NCBI RefSeq assembly: GCF_963921235.1 | Contig: NC_086108.1 | Coordinates: forward strand, 89,716,001 to 89,780,000 | Origin: Mobula hypostoma | Taxonomy: Eukaryota | Direction of reading: 5' to 3' | Length of the DNA: 64,000 nucleotides | Shown here: positions 1 to 10,796 of the stretch, one piece after another | Layout: each line of letters opens with the position of its first letter | Position numbering within the stretch: position 1 is the first letter of the stretch | Program-made: the position numbers and the translations under genes | Notes under the pieces: model-generated | Told to the model about the DNA's origin: nothing | Database searches by the model: none | The model's input: the letters and a program-made list of their open reading frames with translations, nothing else

Positions 1-649
1 ATCTGTAGTTCTCTGACTTCATCTAGTCATTAGGTGCCGGTCAAAATTCAAAGTTATTTGGGTTTTCTCTAATGCACAATCAAAAGATCCTAGAAGTACA
101 AAAATACTTAGATCCACAAAAATACTTATGCTTTCTATTTGACTTACTAATATGATCTGAATTTTTGGTACAGATATTACTTCATAAGAATTTGCTCAGA
201 TTATGCCATCATAGGAATTTTGACCCAACTATACTTTCCCACAAACATAAGAGATTCTGCAGATAACAGGAATTCTGCAGATGCTGGAAATTCAAGCAAC
301 ATGTGAACCGTGAGTAATACACACAAAATTCTGGAGAAACTCAGCAGGTCAAGTAGCATCTATGGAGGGGAAGAAACGATCAAACGTTTCAGGCTGACAC
401 CCTTCATCAGCACACTTTGTCGTGCTGACCTCTATGAAATTAAAACCATATTACTGGTAATGTTAGGGAATGACTAATACCCCTATCTGTACTGGTTATC
501 ATGTTAAAAGAAAAACACCATAAATTTAGACAAAGATTACTGCCAAATCAAAATAAATCATAATACATTATGGGGAGCTGTAATTAATTATGATAATCCT
601 TCATAGCTTTGAGTTAATTGAAGAGGATTAAGATAATGTTTCTTTTAAG

Positions 650-676
650 TTCTTTAAACATCTTTCATAAATATAG
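650..676 (+). CDS. Candidate 27-nt internal exon of a plus-strand gene (xSLNIFHKYR)
   Basis: tttcttttaag acceptor and AG|gtaagt consensus donor; only the phase 2-to-2 frame is open and it joins in frame to 9281. Confidence 0.45.
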
Positions 677-750
677 GTAAGTACATTGCAATATTGTAGT
701 TATTCTTCAACAGTGCTTTCTGTAGCATCTGCATTTGGATACCAGCTAGG

Positions 751-821
751 CAAGGGCTCCCAACCTAGGATCCTTGCTTAATGGTATTGATCCACGGCAT
801 AAAAAAGGTTGGGAACTCCTT
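751..821. mobile_element. Small hAT MITE, related to 27629-27710 in the opposite orientation
   Basis: caagggctcccaacc ... ggttgggaactcctt; shared ggcataaaaaagg core. Confidence 0.6.
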
Positions 822-1442
822 AGCCAGAGCAATATTTCAGCACTTCTGGACCTTCTACATTTTCCAGTCTTATTTTGTATCAAGGGCTTTGTTTGAGTTG
901 AGATGGAATGAACAAGGCTAATTTGTTTTTTTTATTTGTTCAACCTCTTTACTGTAAAACAATTATGCTATTTTGAGGTGCTTTAGGATTTCTTCTACTT
1001 TTGTGGCTTACACAAAGGGAAATTCAAAGTTACAGCTGTCAAAAACTTCGATACTGTAATTCTATAAAGAAAATGCTGAATTTGCTGGTTAGCTAAATAG
1101 GTATATACAGGTATATTTGTTGAACTGTTTATTGAGAGTTTTAATTTATAATTCTAAATGCTAACTCTTATATGTAAGCTTTTCTAAAGTTCAATTTTAG
1201 TAACATTGACTGTCAGTTTTTTTTATTATAGCTTAGCCATTTTAACAATATAATTCTTGGTCAACTCCTACTTTTGCCACTTCATTTTCTCAGTGTCTGG
1301 ATGTGGAGGACCCCCAATCCTCTTCACAAGACATTCAATGGGTGGCTGAAAAATCAAGGTCTCCTTTCCCTTGACTGATGTGCAGCAGCCTGAGTTAACC
1401 CTGAATCTAATCTTCCCAGAGTAGGAGGGTGTGTCATTGAGT

Positions 1443-1955
1443 AAACACAAGAGATTATGCAAACGCTGGAAATCAGACAAAATGCTGGAGGAGCTCAGCA
1501 GGTCAGGCAGCATCTATGGAAAGGAATAAACAGTCGAGGCCCTCCATCAGGACTGAAAACAAAGGGGGGAGGTGCCAGAATAAGAAGGTAGGGGAGGGGA
1601 AAGAGTAAAATCTGGCAGGTGTATGGTGGAAGAGGTTGTAAGGGCTGAATAAGAAGGACTCTGGTAGGAGAATGGACCATGGGTGAAAGGGAAAGTGGAG
1701 GTCCACCAGAGGAAAAAAAGTGAGAAGCGGGAGGGAGGAAAAGTTACCCGAAGTTAGAGAAATCAATGTTTATGCTATCAGATTTGAGGCTACGCAGATG
1801 GAACATGGTGCTGCTCCTCCAACTGGAGAGTGGCCTCATCATGGGAGTAGAGGAAACCATACCCCAACATTTTGGAAAAGGACAGGAAATAGAATTAAAA
1901 TGTGTGGCCACCAGGAAAGTCCACCTTTCGCGGCAGATAGAGTGAAAGTGATTGA
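1443..1955 (-). mobile_element. Degraded Penelope-like 3' fragment
   Basis: Similar to the 38420 and 45315 copies (purine-rich tract, tail, GIY-YIG end). Confidence 0.75.
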
Positions 1956-3254
1956 CTTCATTTCCTGGGCACCTGGATATGGAGAGCCCTCTGCACCTCT
2001 TCCCAAGACATTCATGGGGTGGCTGAAGATCAAGATGCCATTTTCATTACCTGATGCATAACAGCTTGATTTAACCCTAATCCAAATTGTCTTTCCTTTA
2101 AATATGCAGTTGTGACTTCAATTTACATGAAATGGATTCTTCAAGGGTTAGGACCTCCTGAAATTACACTCTTGGTGCATGTGATGTTGTTTTCAACAAC
2201 ATAACTGACCTTGTAGCACAACTGGCCACATAAGCCACATTCACCATATACAATAAATACCTTTATTTATTAAGAAAGCACAGTGTCACAGCTCCTTGAA
2301 AGGCAACTATGTGGGGTTCTGAATTTGCAGGACATTTAATGAGTTACTATTAGTTAGACTTCCCTTACACATGTAGGTTTTTACAATAATTTTGTTGTGC
2401 AATATGTTGAACGATAAAAGCAATGAGGAAAACTGGGGCCTGAGGGAGTAGTGCGAAAGAACAGGGCCATCAGCTGGATATCTGTTGAAGGAGTGTGGAA
2501 TTTAAGCACAAAGAAGAGCAAATTATAGTGGAAAAATTCAGATTTAAATCAGATTTCCGGAGAGAAATTGTGTGTGGGTTTGGGGAGGAGGTGGAATAGG
2601 GATCTAATTAAGAAAGAGAAAAGCATAAAGGAAACAGGAATACAATTTAAAGTCTGGTATTTTGGAATCTCTAACAACAAATAACATCTAAAGGAATAGA
2701 AACTGGCATTTGTAATAGTTCATTCTCATTGCCAATTAACTTACTCTCATCACATTAATGGAATATTTGTACTTGAAGTAACAAGACAACTTTCTATGGT
2801 ATCACTAATTGGTATTTGTCAGTCAATACCTTAGCTTCAGGCCATTTAGCTTCTACCAATTGCAAGCCTAGCAGCAAATTGCCACTTTTGCAAATCCAAT
2901 TATGGAGTAGCATGACCCAGATTACATCAAGATATTGAGTTTAACTGTATGGATGTCCAATATTTGATTTTTGCTGTGCCATTCACATACAAGTAACAGG
3001 GAATACTGATACTTTTACTGCTATAATGACAAATTTTTAGTTCTACCTAATAATCATCAAACTTGCACAGACTATATATTGTATACAGTCATTTGCAGAC
3101 TGCTAGCAACTTGAGTTATATAAAATGTTAAGAATACCTGTTCACACATTTCCACAGAGGCTTAAAAGTGATAGGAAAATAACCTTTAGAGTCCTTTATG
3201 TGGTGAAACCAGTGAAATGTTTCTGTTACTATTAGGAATTAGCAATTGTTACTC

Positions 3255-3775
3255 CTCACTTGGAGTACTGTGAGTGGGTTTGGGCCCCTTATCTTAGAAA
3301 GGATGAGCTGAAACTGGAGAGTGTTCAAATGAATCCAGGATTGAACGGCTTGTCAAATGAACAGCATTTGATGACTCTGGGCCTGTATTCACTAGAATTC
3401 AGGAGAAGGTGGGGGTGACCTAATTAAAACCTGTTGAATGGTGAAAGGCCTCGATAGAGTGGATGTGAAGAGGGTGCTTTCTATGGTGGGAGAGTCCAAT
3501 ATCAAAATAAAGAGGCGTCCTTTTATAACGGAGATGAGGAGGAATTTCTTTAACCAGAGAGTGGTGAAATTGTGGAATTCTTTACCACAGGCAGCCGTGA
3601 AGGCCAAGTCTTTACATGTATTTAAGGTAGAGGTTGATAGATTCTTGATTGGTCAGGGCATGAAGGGACACAGGAAAAGGCAGGAGATTGGGGCTGAGAG
3701 GAAAATTGGATCAGCCATGATGAAATGGTGGAGCAAACTCAATGGGACAAATGGCCTCATTCTTATGGTCTGATA
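3255..3775 (+). mobile_element. Degraded CR1 3' fragment
   Basis: RRNFFNQRVVKLWNSLP ORF2 C-terminus plus CR1 3' UTR. Confidence 0.85.
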
Positions 3776-4500
3776 GATTAGAGATTGGTCCCTGGAGAGT
3801 ACCAAAATAAGTTCTGCAGTGACATTGTTGGTGCCTTACCTTGTTTCTCAGTCAAATTTATTGTATTATCTATATTCTTAAGTTGCAGTGACCAGGAATG
3901 GAATCTTATAATATTCTTTACATTAAAGTCAGGGTAAGAGCAAGTTGAAGATTAGACACCCATTATACAGCAAAGAATAATGGGAATACACAGGAGACCA
4001 GGATGAAGAAGTGCATAGATTATGTTGATGGTTTGAGGGTTTGTGATCGGTTTGGGAAGAGTCAAAGAGAGTAGGTTACTGAGGTAAGGAGTTGTTAGGT
4101 CATTTTAACACTAGAATAAGCCAATGAAAGTGACTGAGAGGTGCAGAAAAGATTTGTTAAGAAATGTGTAGCTAATCTTTGTATGACCTCTGGTGATAGA
4201 GCATAGAAATATAAGACTGGAAGCATAAACCAGGAAAGCATTGTAATACTTGAATGCCAAGGGCATGAAGGCTTCAGTATTAGGTAAGATGAGGCAATGT
4301 GTCTAAAGAGGCTTGAGCAGAGTAAGGAAGTTGTGACATTCTCTTCAGAATCATCTCTACTTCCAGCCATCAATATGGCATTGCCTATAATCAGTAAAAG
4401 CACAATGATATTGAATGTTCACTATCTAGTGTGTTATTGGAAGTAATGGGCCATCTTCAGTGCTATAAACACAGGAGATTCTGCAGATGCTGGAAACCTT

Positions 4501-5223
4501 GTGCCTCGGGAGGCAGACAAGTGGGTCACGGTTAGGAGGGGGAAGGGGAAAAGGAAGGTGATGGGGAGTACCCCGGCGGCTGTGCCCCTTAACAACAGGT
4601 ACTCCTGTTTGAGTACTGTTGGGGGGGACAGCTTACCCGGGGGAAGCGACAGTGGCCCTGCCTCCGGCACAGAGTCTGGCCCTGTAGCTCAGAAGGGTAG
4701 GGCAAGGAAGAGGAGGGCAGTTGTGATAGGGGACTCGATAGTAAGGGGGTCAGATAGGCGATTCTGTGGACGCAGTCCAGAGACTCGGATGGTAGTTTGC
4801 CTCCCTGGTGCCAGGGTCCGGGATATTTCTGATCGTGTCCAAGATATCCTGAAGTGGGAGGGTGAAGAGCCAGAGGTCCTGGTACATATAGGTACCAATG
4901 ACATAGGTAGGAAAAGGGATGAGGTCCTGAAAGAACAATATAGGGAGCCAGGAAGGGAGTTGAGAAAAAGGACCGCAAAGGTAGTAATCTCGGGATTACT
5001 GCCTGTGCCACGCGACAGTGAGAGTAGGAATGCGATGAGGTGGAGGATAAATGCGTGGCTGAGGGATTGGAGCAGGGGGCAGGGATTCAAGTTTTTGGAT
5101 CATTGGGACCTCTTTTGGCGCAGGTGTGACCTGTACAAAAAGGACAGGTTACACTTGAATCCTAGGGGGACCAATATCCTGGCAGGGAGATTAGCGGGGG
5201 CTACTGAGGTGACTTTAAACTAG
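4501..5223 (+). CDS. CR1 ORF1 C-terminal part, SGNH/GDSL esterase domain
   Basis: VVIGDSIVRG, HIGTND and D.LHLN motifs; N-terminal zinc finger absent. Confidence 0.9.
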   Translation: MPREADKWVTVRRGKGKRKVMGSTPAAVPLNNRYSCLSTVGGDSLPGGSDSGPASGTESGPVAQKGRARKRRAVVIGDSIVRGSDRRFCGRSPETRMVVCLPGARVRDISDRVQDILKWEGEEPEVLVHIGTNDIGRKRDEVLKEQYREPGRELRKRTAKVVISGLLPVPRDSESRNAMRWRINAWLRDWSRGQGFKFLDHWDLFWRRCDLYKKDRLHLNPRGTNILAGRLAGATEVTLN

Positions 5224-5228
5224 AATGG

Positions 5229-8228
5229 TTGGGGGGTGGGAATCAAATTAAAGCGGCTAGGTGTGAGGAGGTTAGTTCACAACAGAGGGATGGGAACCAG
5301 TGCAGAGAGACAGAGGGGTGTAAAGTGAGCGTAGAAGCAAAAAGTACAAAGGGGAAAAGTAAAAGTGGCAGGCCGACAAATCCAGGGCAAGCATTAAAAA
5401 GGGCTAAGAGAGTTGTAAAAGAGCGCCTGAAGGCTTTATGTGTCAATGCAAGGAGCATTCGTAATAAGGTGGATGAATTGAAAGTGCAGATTGTTATTAA
5501 TGATTATGATATAGTTGGGATCACAGAGACATGGCTCCAGGGTGACCAGGGATGGGAGCTCAACGTTCAGGGATATTCAATATTCAGGAGGGATAGACAC
5601 GAAGGAAGGGGAGGTGGGGTGGCGTTGCTGGTTAAAAAAGAGATTAACGCAATAGAAAGGAAGGACATAAGCCGGGAAGATGTGGAATCGATATGGGTAG
5701 AGCTGCGTAACACTAAGGGGCAGAAGACGCTGGTGGGAGTTGTGTACAGGCCACCTAACAGTAGTAGTGAGGTCGGAGATGGTATTAAACAGGAAATTAG
5801 AAATGTGTGCAATAAAGGAACAGCAGTTATAATGGGTGACTTCAATCTACATGTAGACTGGGTGAACCAAATTGGTAAAGGTGCTGAGGAAGAGGATTTC
5901 TTGGAATGTATGCGGGATGGTTTTTTGAACCAACATGTCGAGGAACCGACTATAGAGCAGGCTATTCTGGACTGGGTTTTGAGCAATGAGGAAGGGTTAA
6001 TTAGCGATCTTGTCGTGAGAGGCCCCTTGGGTAAGAGTGACCATAATATGGTGGAATTCTTCATTAACATGGAGAGTGACGTAGTTAATTCAGAAACAAA
6101 GGTTCTGAACTTAAAGAGGGGTAACTTTGAAGGTATGAGACATGAATTAGCTAAGATAGACTGGCAAATGACACTTCAAGGATTGACGGTGGATATGCAA
6201 TGGCAGGCATTTAAAGGTTGCATGGATGAACTACAACAATTGTTCATCCCAGTTTGGCAAAAGAATAAATCAAGGAAGGTAGTGCACCCGTGGCTGACAA
6301 GAGAAATTAGGGATAGTATCAATTCCAAAGAAGTAGCATACAAATTAGCAAGAGAAAGTGGCTCACCTGAGGACTGGGAGAAATTCAGAGTTCAGCAGAG
6401 GAGGACAAAGGGCTTAATTAGGAAGGGGAAAAAAGATTATGAGAGAAAACTGGCAGAGAACATAAAAACGGACTGTAAAAGCTTTTATAGATATGTAAAA
6501 AGGAAAAGACTGGTAAAGACAAATGTAGGTCCCCTGCAAACAGAAACAGGTGAATTGATTATGGGGAGCAAGGACATGGCAGACCAATTGAATAATTACT
6601 TTGGTTCTGTCTTCACTAAGGAGGACATAAATAATCTTCCAGAAATAGTAAGGGACAGAGGGTCCAGTGAGATGGAGGAACTGAGCGAAATACATGTTAG
6701 TAGGGAAGTGGTGTTAGGTAAATTGAAGGGATTGAAGGCAGATAAATCCCCAGGGCCAGATGGTCTGCATCCCAGAGTGCTTAAGGAAGTGGCCCAAGAA
6801 ATAGTGGATGCATTAGTGATAATTTTTCAAAACTCGTTAGATTCTGGACTAGTTCCTGAGGATTGGAGGGTGGCTAATGTAACCCCACTTTTTAAAAAAG
6901 GAGGGAGAGAGAAACCGGGGAATTATAGGCCGGTTAGCCTAACGTCGGTGGTGGGGAAACTGCTGGAGTCAGTTATCAAGGATGTGATAACAGCACATTT
7001 GGAAAGCGGTGAAATGATCGGACAAAGTCAGCATGGATTTGTGAAAGGAAAATCATGTCTGACGAATCTCATAGAATTTTTTGAGGATGTAACTAGTAGA
7101 GTGGATAGGGGAGAACCAGTGGATGTGGTATATTTGGATTTTCAAAAGGCTTTTGACAAGGTCCCACATAGGAGATTAGTGTGCAAACTTAAAGCACACG
7201 GTATTGGGGGTAAGGTATTGGTGTGGGTGGAGAATTGGTTAGCAGACAGGAAGCAAAGAGTGGGAATAAACGGGACCTTTTCAGAATGGCAGGCGGTGAC
7301 TAGTGGGGTACCGCAAGGCTCAGTGCTGGGACCCCAGTTGTTTACAATATATATTAATGACTTGGATGAGGGAATTAAATGCAGCATCTCCAAGTTTGCG
7401 GATGACACGAAGCTGGGCGGCAGTGTTAGCAGTGAGGAGGATGCTAAGAGGATGCAGGGTGACTTGGATAGGTTGGGTGAGTGGGCAAACTCATGGCAGA
7501 TGCAATTTAATGTGGATAAATGTGAAGTTATCCACTTTGGTGGCAAAAATAGGAAAACAGATTATTATCTGAATGGTGGCCGATTAGGAAAAGGGGAGGT
7601 GCAACGAGACCTGGGTGTCATTATACACCAGTCATTGAAAGTGAGCATGCAGGTACAGCAGGCAGTGAAAAAGGTGAACGGTATGCTGGCATTTATAGCG
7701 AGAGGATTCGAGTACAGGAGCAGGGAGGTACTACTGCAGTTGTACAAGGCCTTGGTGAGACCACACCTGGAGTATTGTGTGCAGTTTTGGTCCCCTAATC
7801 TGAGGAAAGACATCTTTGCCATAGAGGGAGTACAAAGAAGGTTCACCAGATTGATTCCTGGGATGGCAGGTCTTTCATATGAAGAAAGACTGGATGAACT
7901 GGGCTTGTACTCGTTGGAATTTAGAAGATTGAGGGGGGATCTGATTGAAACGTATAAGATCCTAAAGGGATTGGACAGGCTAGATGCAGGAAGATTGTTC
8001 CCGATGTTGGGGAAGTCTAGAACGAGGGGTCACAGTTTGAGGATAGAGGGGAAGCCTTTTAGGACCGAGGTTAGGAAAAACTTCTTCACACAGAGAGTGG
8101 TGAATCTGTGGAATTCTCTGCCACAGCAAACTGTTGAGGCCAGTTCATTAGCTATGTTTAAAAGGAAGTTAGATATGGCCCTTGTGGCTACAGGGGTCAG
8201 GGGGTATGGAGGGAAGGCTGGGTTCTGA
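5229..8228 (+). CDS. CR1 ORF2: apurinic-like endonuclease plus reverse transcriptase, uninterrupted (999 codons, no AUG until codon 202)
   Basis: NARS, ITETW, YRPP, GDFN and SDH endonuclease motifs; [28 protein letters not shown] and FADD RT motifs. Confidence 0.97.
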   Translation: MGGGNQIKAARCEEVSSQQRDGNQCRETEGCKVSVEAKSTKGKSKSGRPTNPGQALKRAKRVVKERLKALCVNARSIRNKVDELKVQIVINDYDIVGITETWLQGDQGWELNVQGYSIFRRDRHEGRGGGVALLVKKEINAIERKDISREDVESIWVELRNTKGQKTLVGVVYRPPNSSSEVGDGIKQEIRNVCNKGTAVIMGDFNLHVDWVNQIGKGAEEEDFLECMRDGFLNQHVEEPTIEQAILDWVLSNEEGLISDLVVRGPLGKSDHNMVEFFINMESDVVNSETKVLNLKRGNFEGMRHELAKIDWQMTLQGLTVDMQWQAFKGCMDELQQLFIPVWQKNKSRKVVHPWLTREIRDSINSKEVAYKLARESGSPEDWEKFRVQQRRTKGLIRKGKKDYERKLAENIKTDCKSFYRYVKRKRLVKTNVGPLQTETGELIMGSKDMADQLNNYFGSVFTKEDINNLPEIVRDRGSSEMEELSEIHVSREVVLGKLKGLKADKSPGPDGLHPRVLKEVAQEIVDALVIIFQNSLDSGLVPEDWRVANVTPLFKKGGREKPGNYRPVSLTSVVGKLLESVIKDVITAHLESGEMIGQSQHGFVKGKSCLTNLIEFFEDVTSRVDRGEPVDVVYLDFQKAFDKVPHRRLVCKLKAHGIGGKVLVWVENWLADRKQRVGINGTFSEWQAVTSGVPQGSVLGPQLFTIYINDLDEGIKCSISKFADDTKLGGSVSSEEDAKRMQGDLDRLGEWANSWQMQFNVDKCEVIHFGGKNRKTDYYLNGGRLGKGEVQRDLGVIIHQSLKVSMQVQQAVKKVNGMLAFIARGFEYRSREVLLQLYKALVRPHLEYCVQFWSPNLRKDIFAIEGVQRRFTRLIPGMAGLSYEERLDELGLYSLEFRRLRGDLIETYKILKGLDRLDAGRLFPMLGKSRTRGHSLRIEGKPFRTEVRKNFFTQRVVNLWNSLPQQTVEASSLAMFKRKLDMALVATGVRGYGGKAGF

Positions 8229-8327
8229 GTTGGATGATCAGCCATGATCATAATAAATGGCGGTGCAGGCTCGAAGGGCCGAATGGCCTACTCCTGCACC
8301 TATTTTCTATGTTTCTATGTTTCTATG

Positions 8328-8960
8328 TAACACGCATACAATACTGGACTAACTCAGCAGGTCAGGGAGCATCTATTGTTAATGTATCTGTCTGAGACCT
8401 TTAATCAGGACAGGAAAGGAAGGGGGTAGAAGTCAGAAGGTGGTGGGGGAAGGAGAAGGAGTGCAAGCTGGCAGGTGATAGGTAAGACCAAGTGCGGGGT
8501 AGGGTGGGTGAGTGAGTGGAGGAGGAGGATGAAGTAAGAAGCTGGGAGGTGATGGATGAGAGAGGTAAACGGCTGAAAAAGAAGAAATAGAATAAAGGAG
8601 GATATTGGACCATGGAAAAAGGAAAGGAGGTGATGAAATCACAAACAAGAGAAAAAGAGGAGGAGGTGATGGGCAGGTGAGAAGAGGAGTGAAAGGGTAA
8701 CCAGAATGGGGAATGGAAATAAGTGAAAGATGGAGGGGGAAGAAATTACTGTAAGTTAGAAAATTGACTACCCAGATGGAATTTGAGGTGCTGCTCCTCC
8801 AACATGAGTTTGGCCTCATTATAGCAGTATGGGAATGGGAAGTCGACTTGAAATTGAAAGATCCTGCCTTTTGCAGCAGAGAGAGTGAAGGTACTCAGCA
8901 AAGTAGTCCTCCAGTCTGCATCGGGTCTCACTAATATCGAGGGGCACTGAATGCAAAAGA
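8328..8960 (-). mobile_element. Degraded Penelope-like 3' fragment; the rest of its tail lies at 4467-4500 on the other side of the CR1
   Basis: EAKLMLEEQHLKFHLGS; the tail consensus is split exactly by the CR1. Confidence 0.8.
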
Positions 8961-9280
8961 TGACCCCTTCGCTGTTAGCCAGTTTGTTATTTGCAGGCAA
9001 ATCCAAGAGTATTACTCAAAGAATCAATACAATCATTATCTTTATTGGCAGCTTACTAGCAGAACATGGGTAGTTTATTCCTGACTTCTGTGCCTGAGCA
9101 TTGCAATGTAAGAATCAGGAAAGTTAACCTATTTGTTTTTCCATTCTGCCCCTTGGCTTTTCATGCAGGGAAAAGTGTATATAAAAATGCCTGCAAAGTA
9201 GACTCAGTACTTGTAAATAACAATCAAACATATCTCTGCCTGTACAGCAATAACAGTTTATTTCATTTCATTCTTTCCAG

Positions 9281-9320
9281 AATCATGTATTTGCAGAAGT
9301 CACATGATCATCAACAGGAG
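9281..9320 (+). CDS. Candidate penultimate exon of plus-strand gene (IMYLQKSHDHQQE)
   Basis: Strong polypyrimidine acceptor tttcattctttccag, donor GAG|gtttgt; phase 2 to 0. Confidence 0.5.
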
Positions 9321-9559
9321 GTTTGTCCTATTCTTTGGGCATCTTTATTATTTATTGTTCAACGATCACATTTGGAATGAAATCCAAGACGCAGTCTCAC
9401 TTAATAAGACACATACACAGAACTGTTATTCCTTCACAAAAATTCCAGTGATATTGGTGGTATATGGAACATTTGTAACAATTCAAGCACATTGCACCAT
9501 GTTGAGGGGGCAGAAGGTACATATTCGACATTTTCTGTATTTGTTTTTCCCTTACACAG

Positions 9560-9571
9560 ACTAATGTCTGA
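9560..9571 (+). CDS. Candidate terminal coding exon of plus-strand gene (TNV*), giving C-terminus ETNV
   Basis: Acceptor ttgtttttcccttacacag then ACT AAT GTC TGA; AT-rich UTR-like sequence follows with AATAAA near 10099 and 10414. Confidence 0.45.
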   Translation, partial: TNV

Positions 9572-10637
9572 CTACTTTGGTTATTGCTACGTCATGCAAA
9601 ACATAACCTGTTTTAAACTAAGGTGCAATTAATGCTTTTTTTAAAAAAAAAATTGCAGGAATCTTTTTGAAAGAAATGCCTATTTTGTATTCATTGTGCT
9701 GTAAGAAATAATGAATATTTGTCAAGCAATACCGCATGATAAGCATTGTGATTTAGAAAATTCTCATTCTTTTGTCGTTGCGTCCGGCAGTAAATCTTCT
9801 TGCTGTTTTAACAGTAAATGTACAAAAGTGACTCAACGCTGGATGATATAATAAGGCTTTAATTCTGCAACTGCATTTGGGTTTACAGGATTCAGTATGC
9901 AAGATACTGCCTTCTTTGACTTTCCATTTTGATAGAAAATGTCTGTCTTTCCCTGCCTCAAATATTTAAACTTAAATAAGACTGCAATTATAAATCAGAT
10001 TTTATAGTAAGTAAAATTTTATAAACAATGTAATATAAAATATGTAAATTAAAAATTATGTTATCTGTAACAATTACAAAAGTAATTTTTGTGGTTTAAA
10101 TAAAATTTTGATTTTAAGAAGTTTTGTTGAACTATATCCAACTCCATTGCCAGATCAAATACATTCCTTGCACAGTTGTAGGCATTCAATGCATAAATCA
10201 TTCAAAATTAAAGCTCGAGCTAAGTCAATAGGTATGAAACTGTGTGATGTACTATTGATTCTAGTTTTGACCCTGGCATTCATTGAGCTCTTTTAATGGA
10301 ACTTAATATTTGCAAGATGGTGATCATTTAAAGGTTAAACTGGGGGATAGAAGCCAGTGAGGACACTAGCATGACAATCAAAGCAGCCCACACATTAAAT
10401 GAGACTTCCTTCCAATAAAATAGCAAGTAAGCCAGGAGGTACTGTATAGAATAATAATGTACAAAGTAAAAGTAGTTTGTAAAACTGTAATTCCCTATTA
10501 TATTCCTTGGAAATGCTAGCATTGTAAAGGGTCTCTTGGTTTTAATATCGCTGGTACATGATGGCTAGCATAAGAAATCACTTTAAATACATTTTTGAAG
10601 CTATGCAACATTTCCTTAAAATTCAGCTGTTAGCAGC

Positions 10638-10734
10638 TTAATGCATTTTCTTTGTTTTCTGTAAAAACAGAAATAAGTCTTCATTGAGATCTTTACTCTT
10701 CATTCCTTTTGTTCTGTGACCTTCCTTAAAACAG
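10638..10734 (-). CDS. Probable last coding exon of unidentified gene: (S)CFKEGHRTKGMKSKDLNEDLFLFLQKTKKMH*
   Basis: Acceptor tttctactacatttgcag; open in the required phase 2 to TAA at 10638-10640; an alternative acceptor near 9953 cannot be excluded. Confidence 0.5.
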
Positions 10735-10796
10735 CTGCAAATGTAGTAGAAATTTAATAATAAAAGAAATCAGATATGTTGATAAGTTAGTTATTC

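Larger units (their letters stand above)
4501..8327 (+). mobile_element. Young CR1 LINE, 5'-truncated within ORF1, with intact ORF2 and 3' tail
   Basis: Esterase ORF1 plus APE-RT ORF2; ends in (TTTCTATG)3 at 8304-8327; inserted inside a Penelope-derived tail. Confidence 0.97.

Noticed and set aside
987..1100. Possible extra plus-strand exon after ttag at about 986
   Set aside because: The frame required by the upstream exon hits a stop; it could be an alternative terminal exon but is unsupported.
5243..8251. Many 60-170 aa antisense ORFs over CR1 copies (also near 11114, 17233, 59763)
   Set aside because: Shadow frames of the CR1 ORF2 that recur in every copy; no independent evidence of coding.
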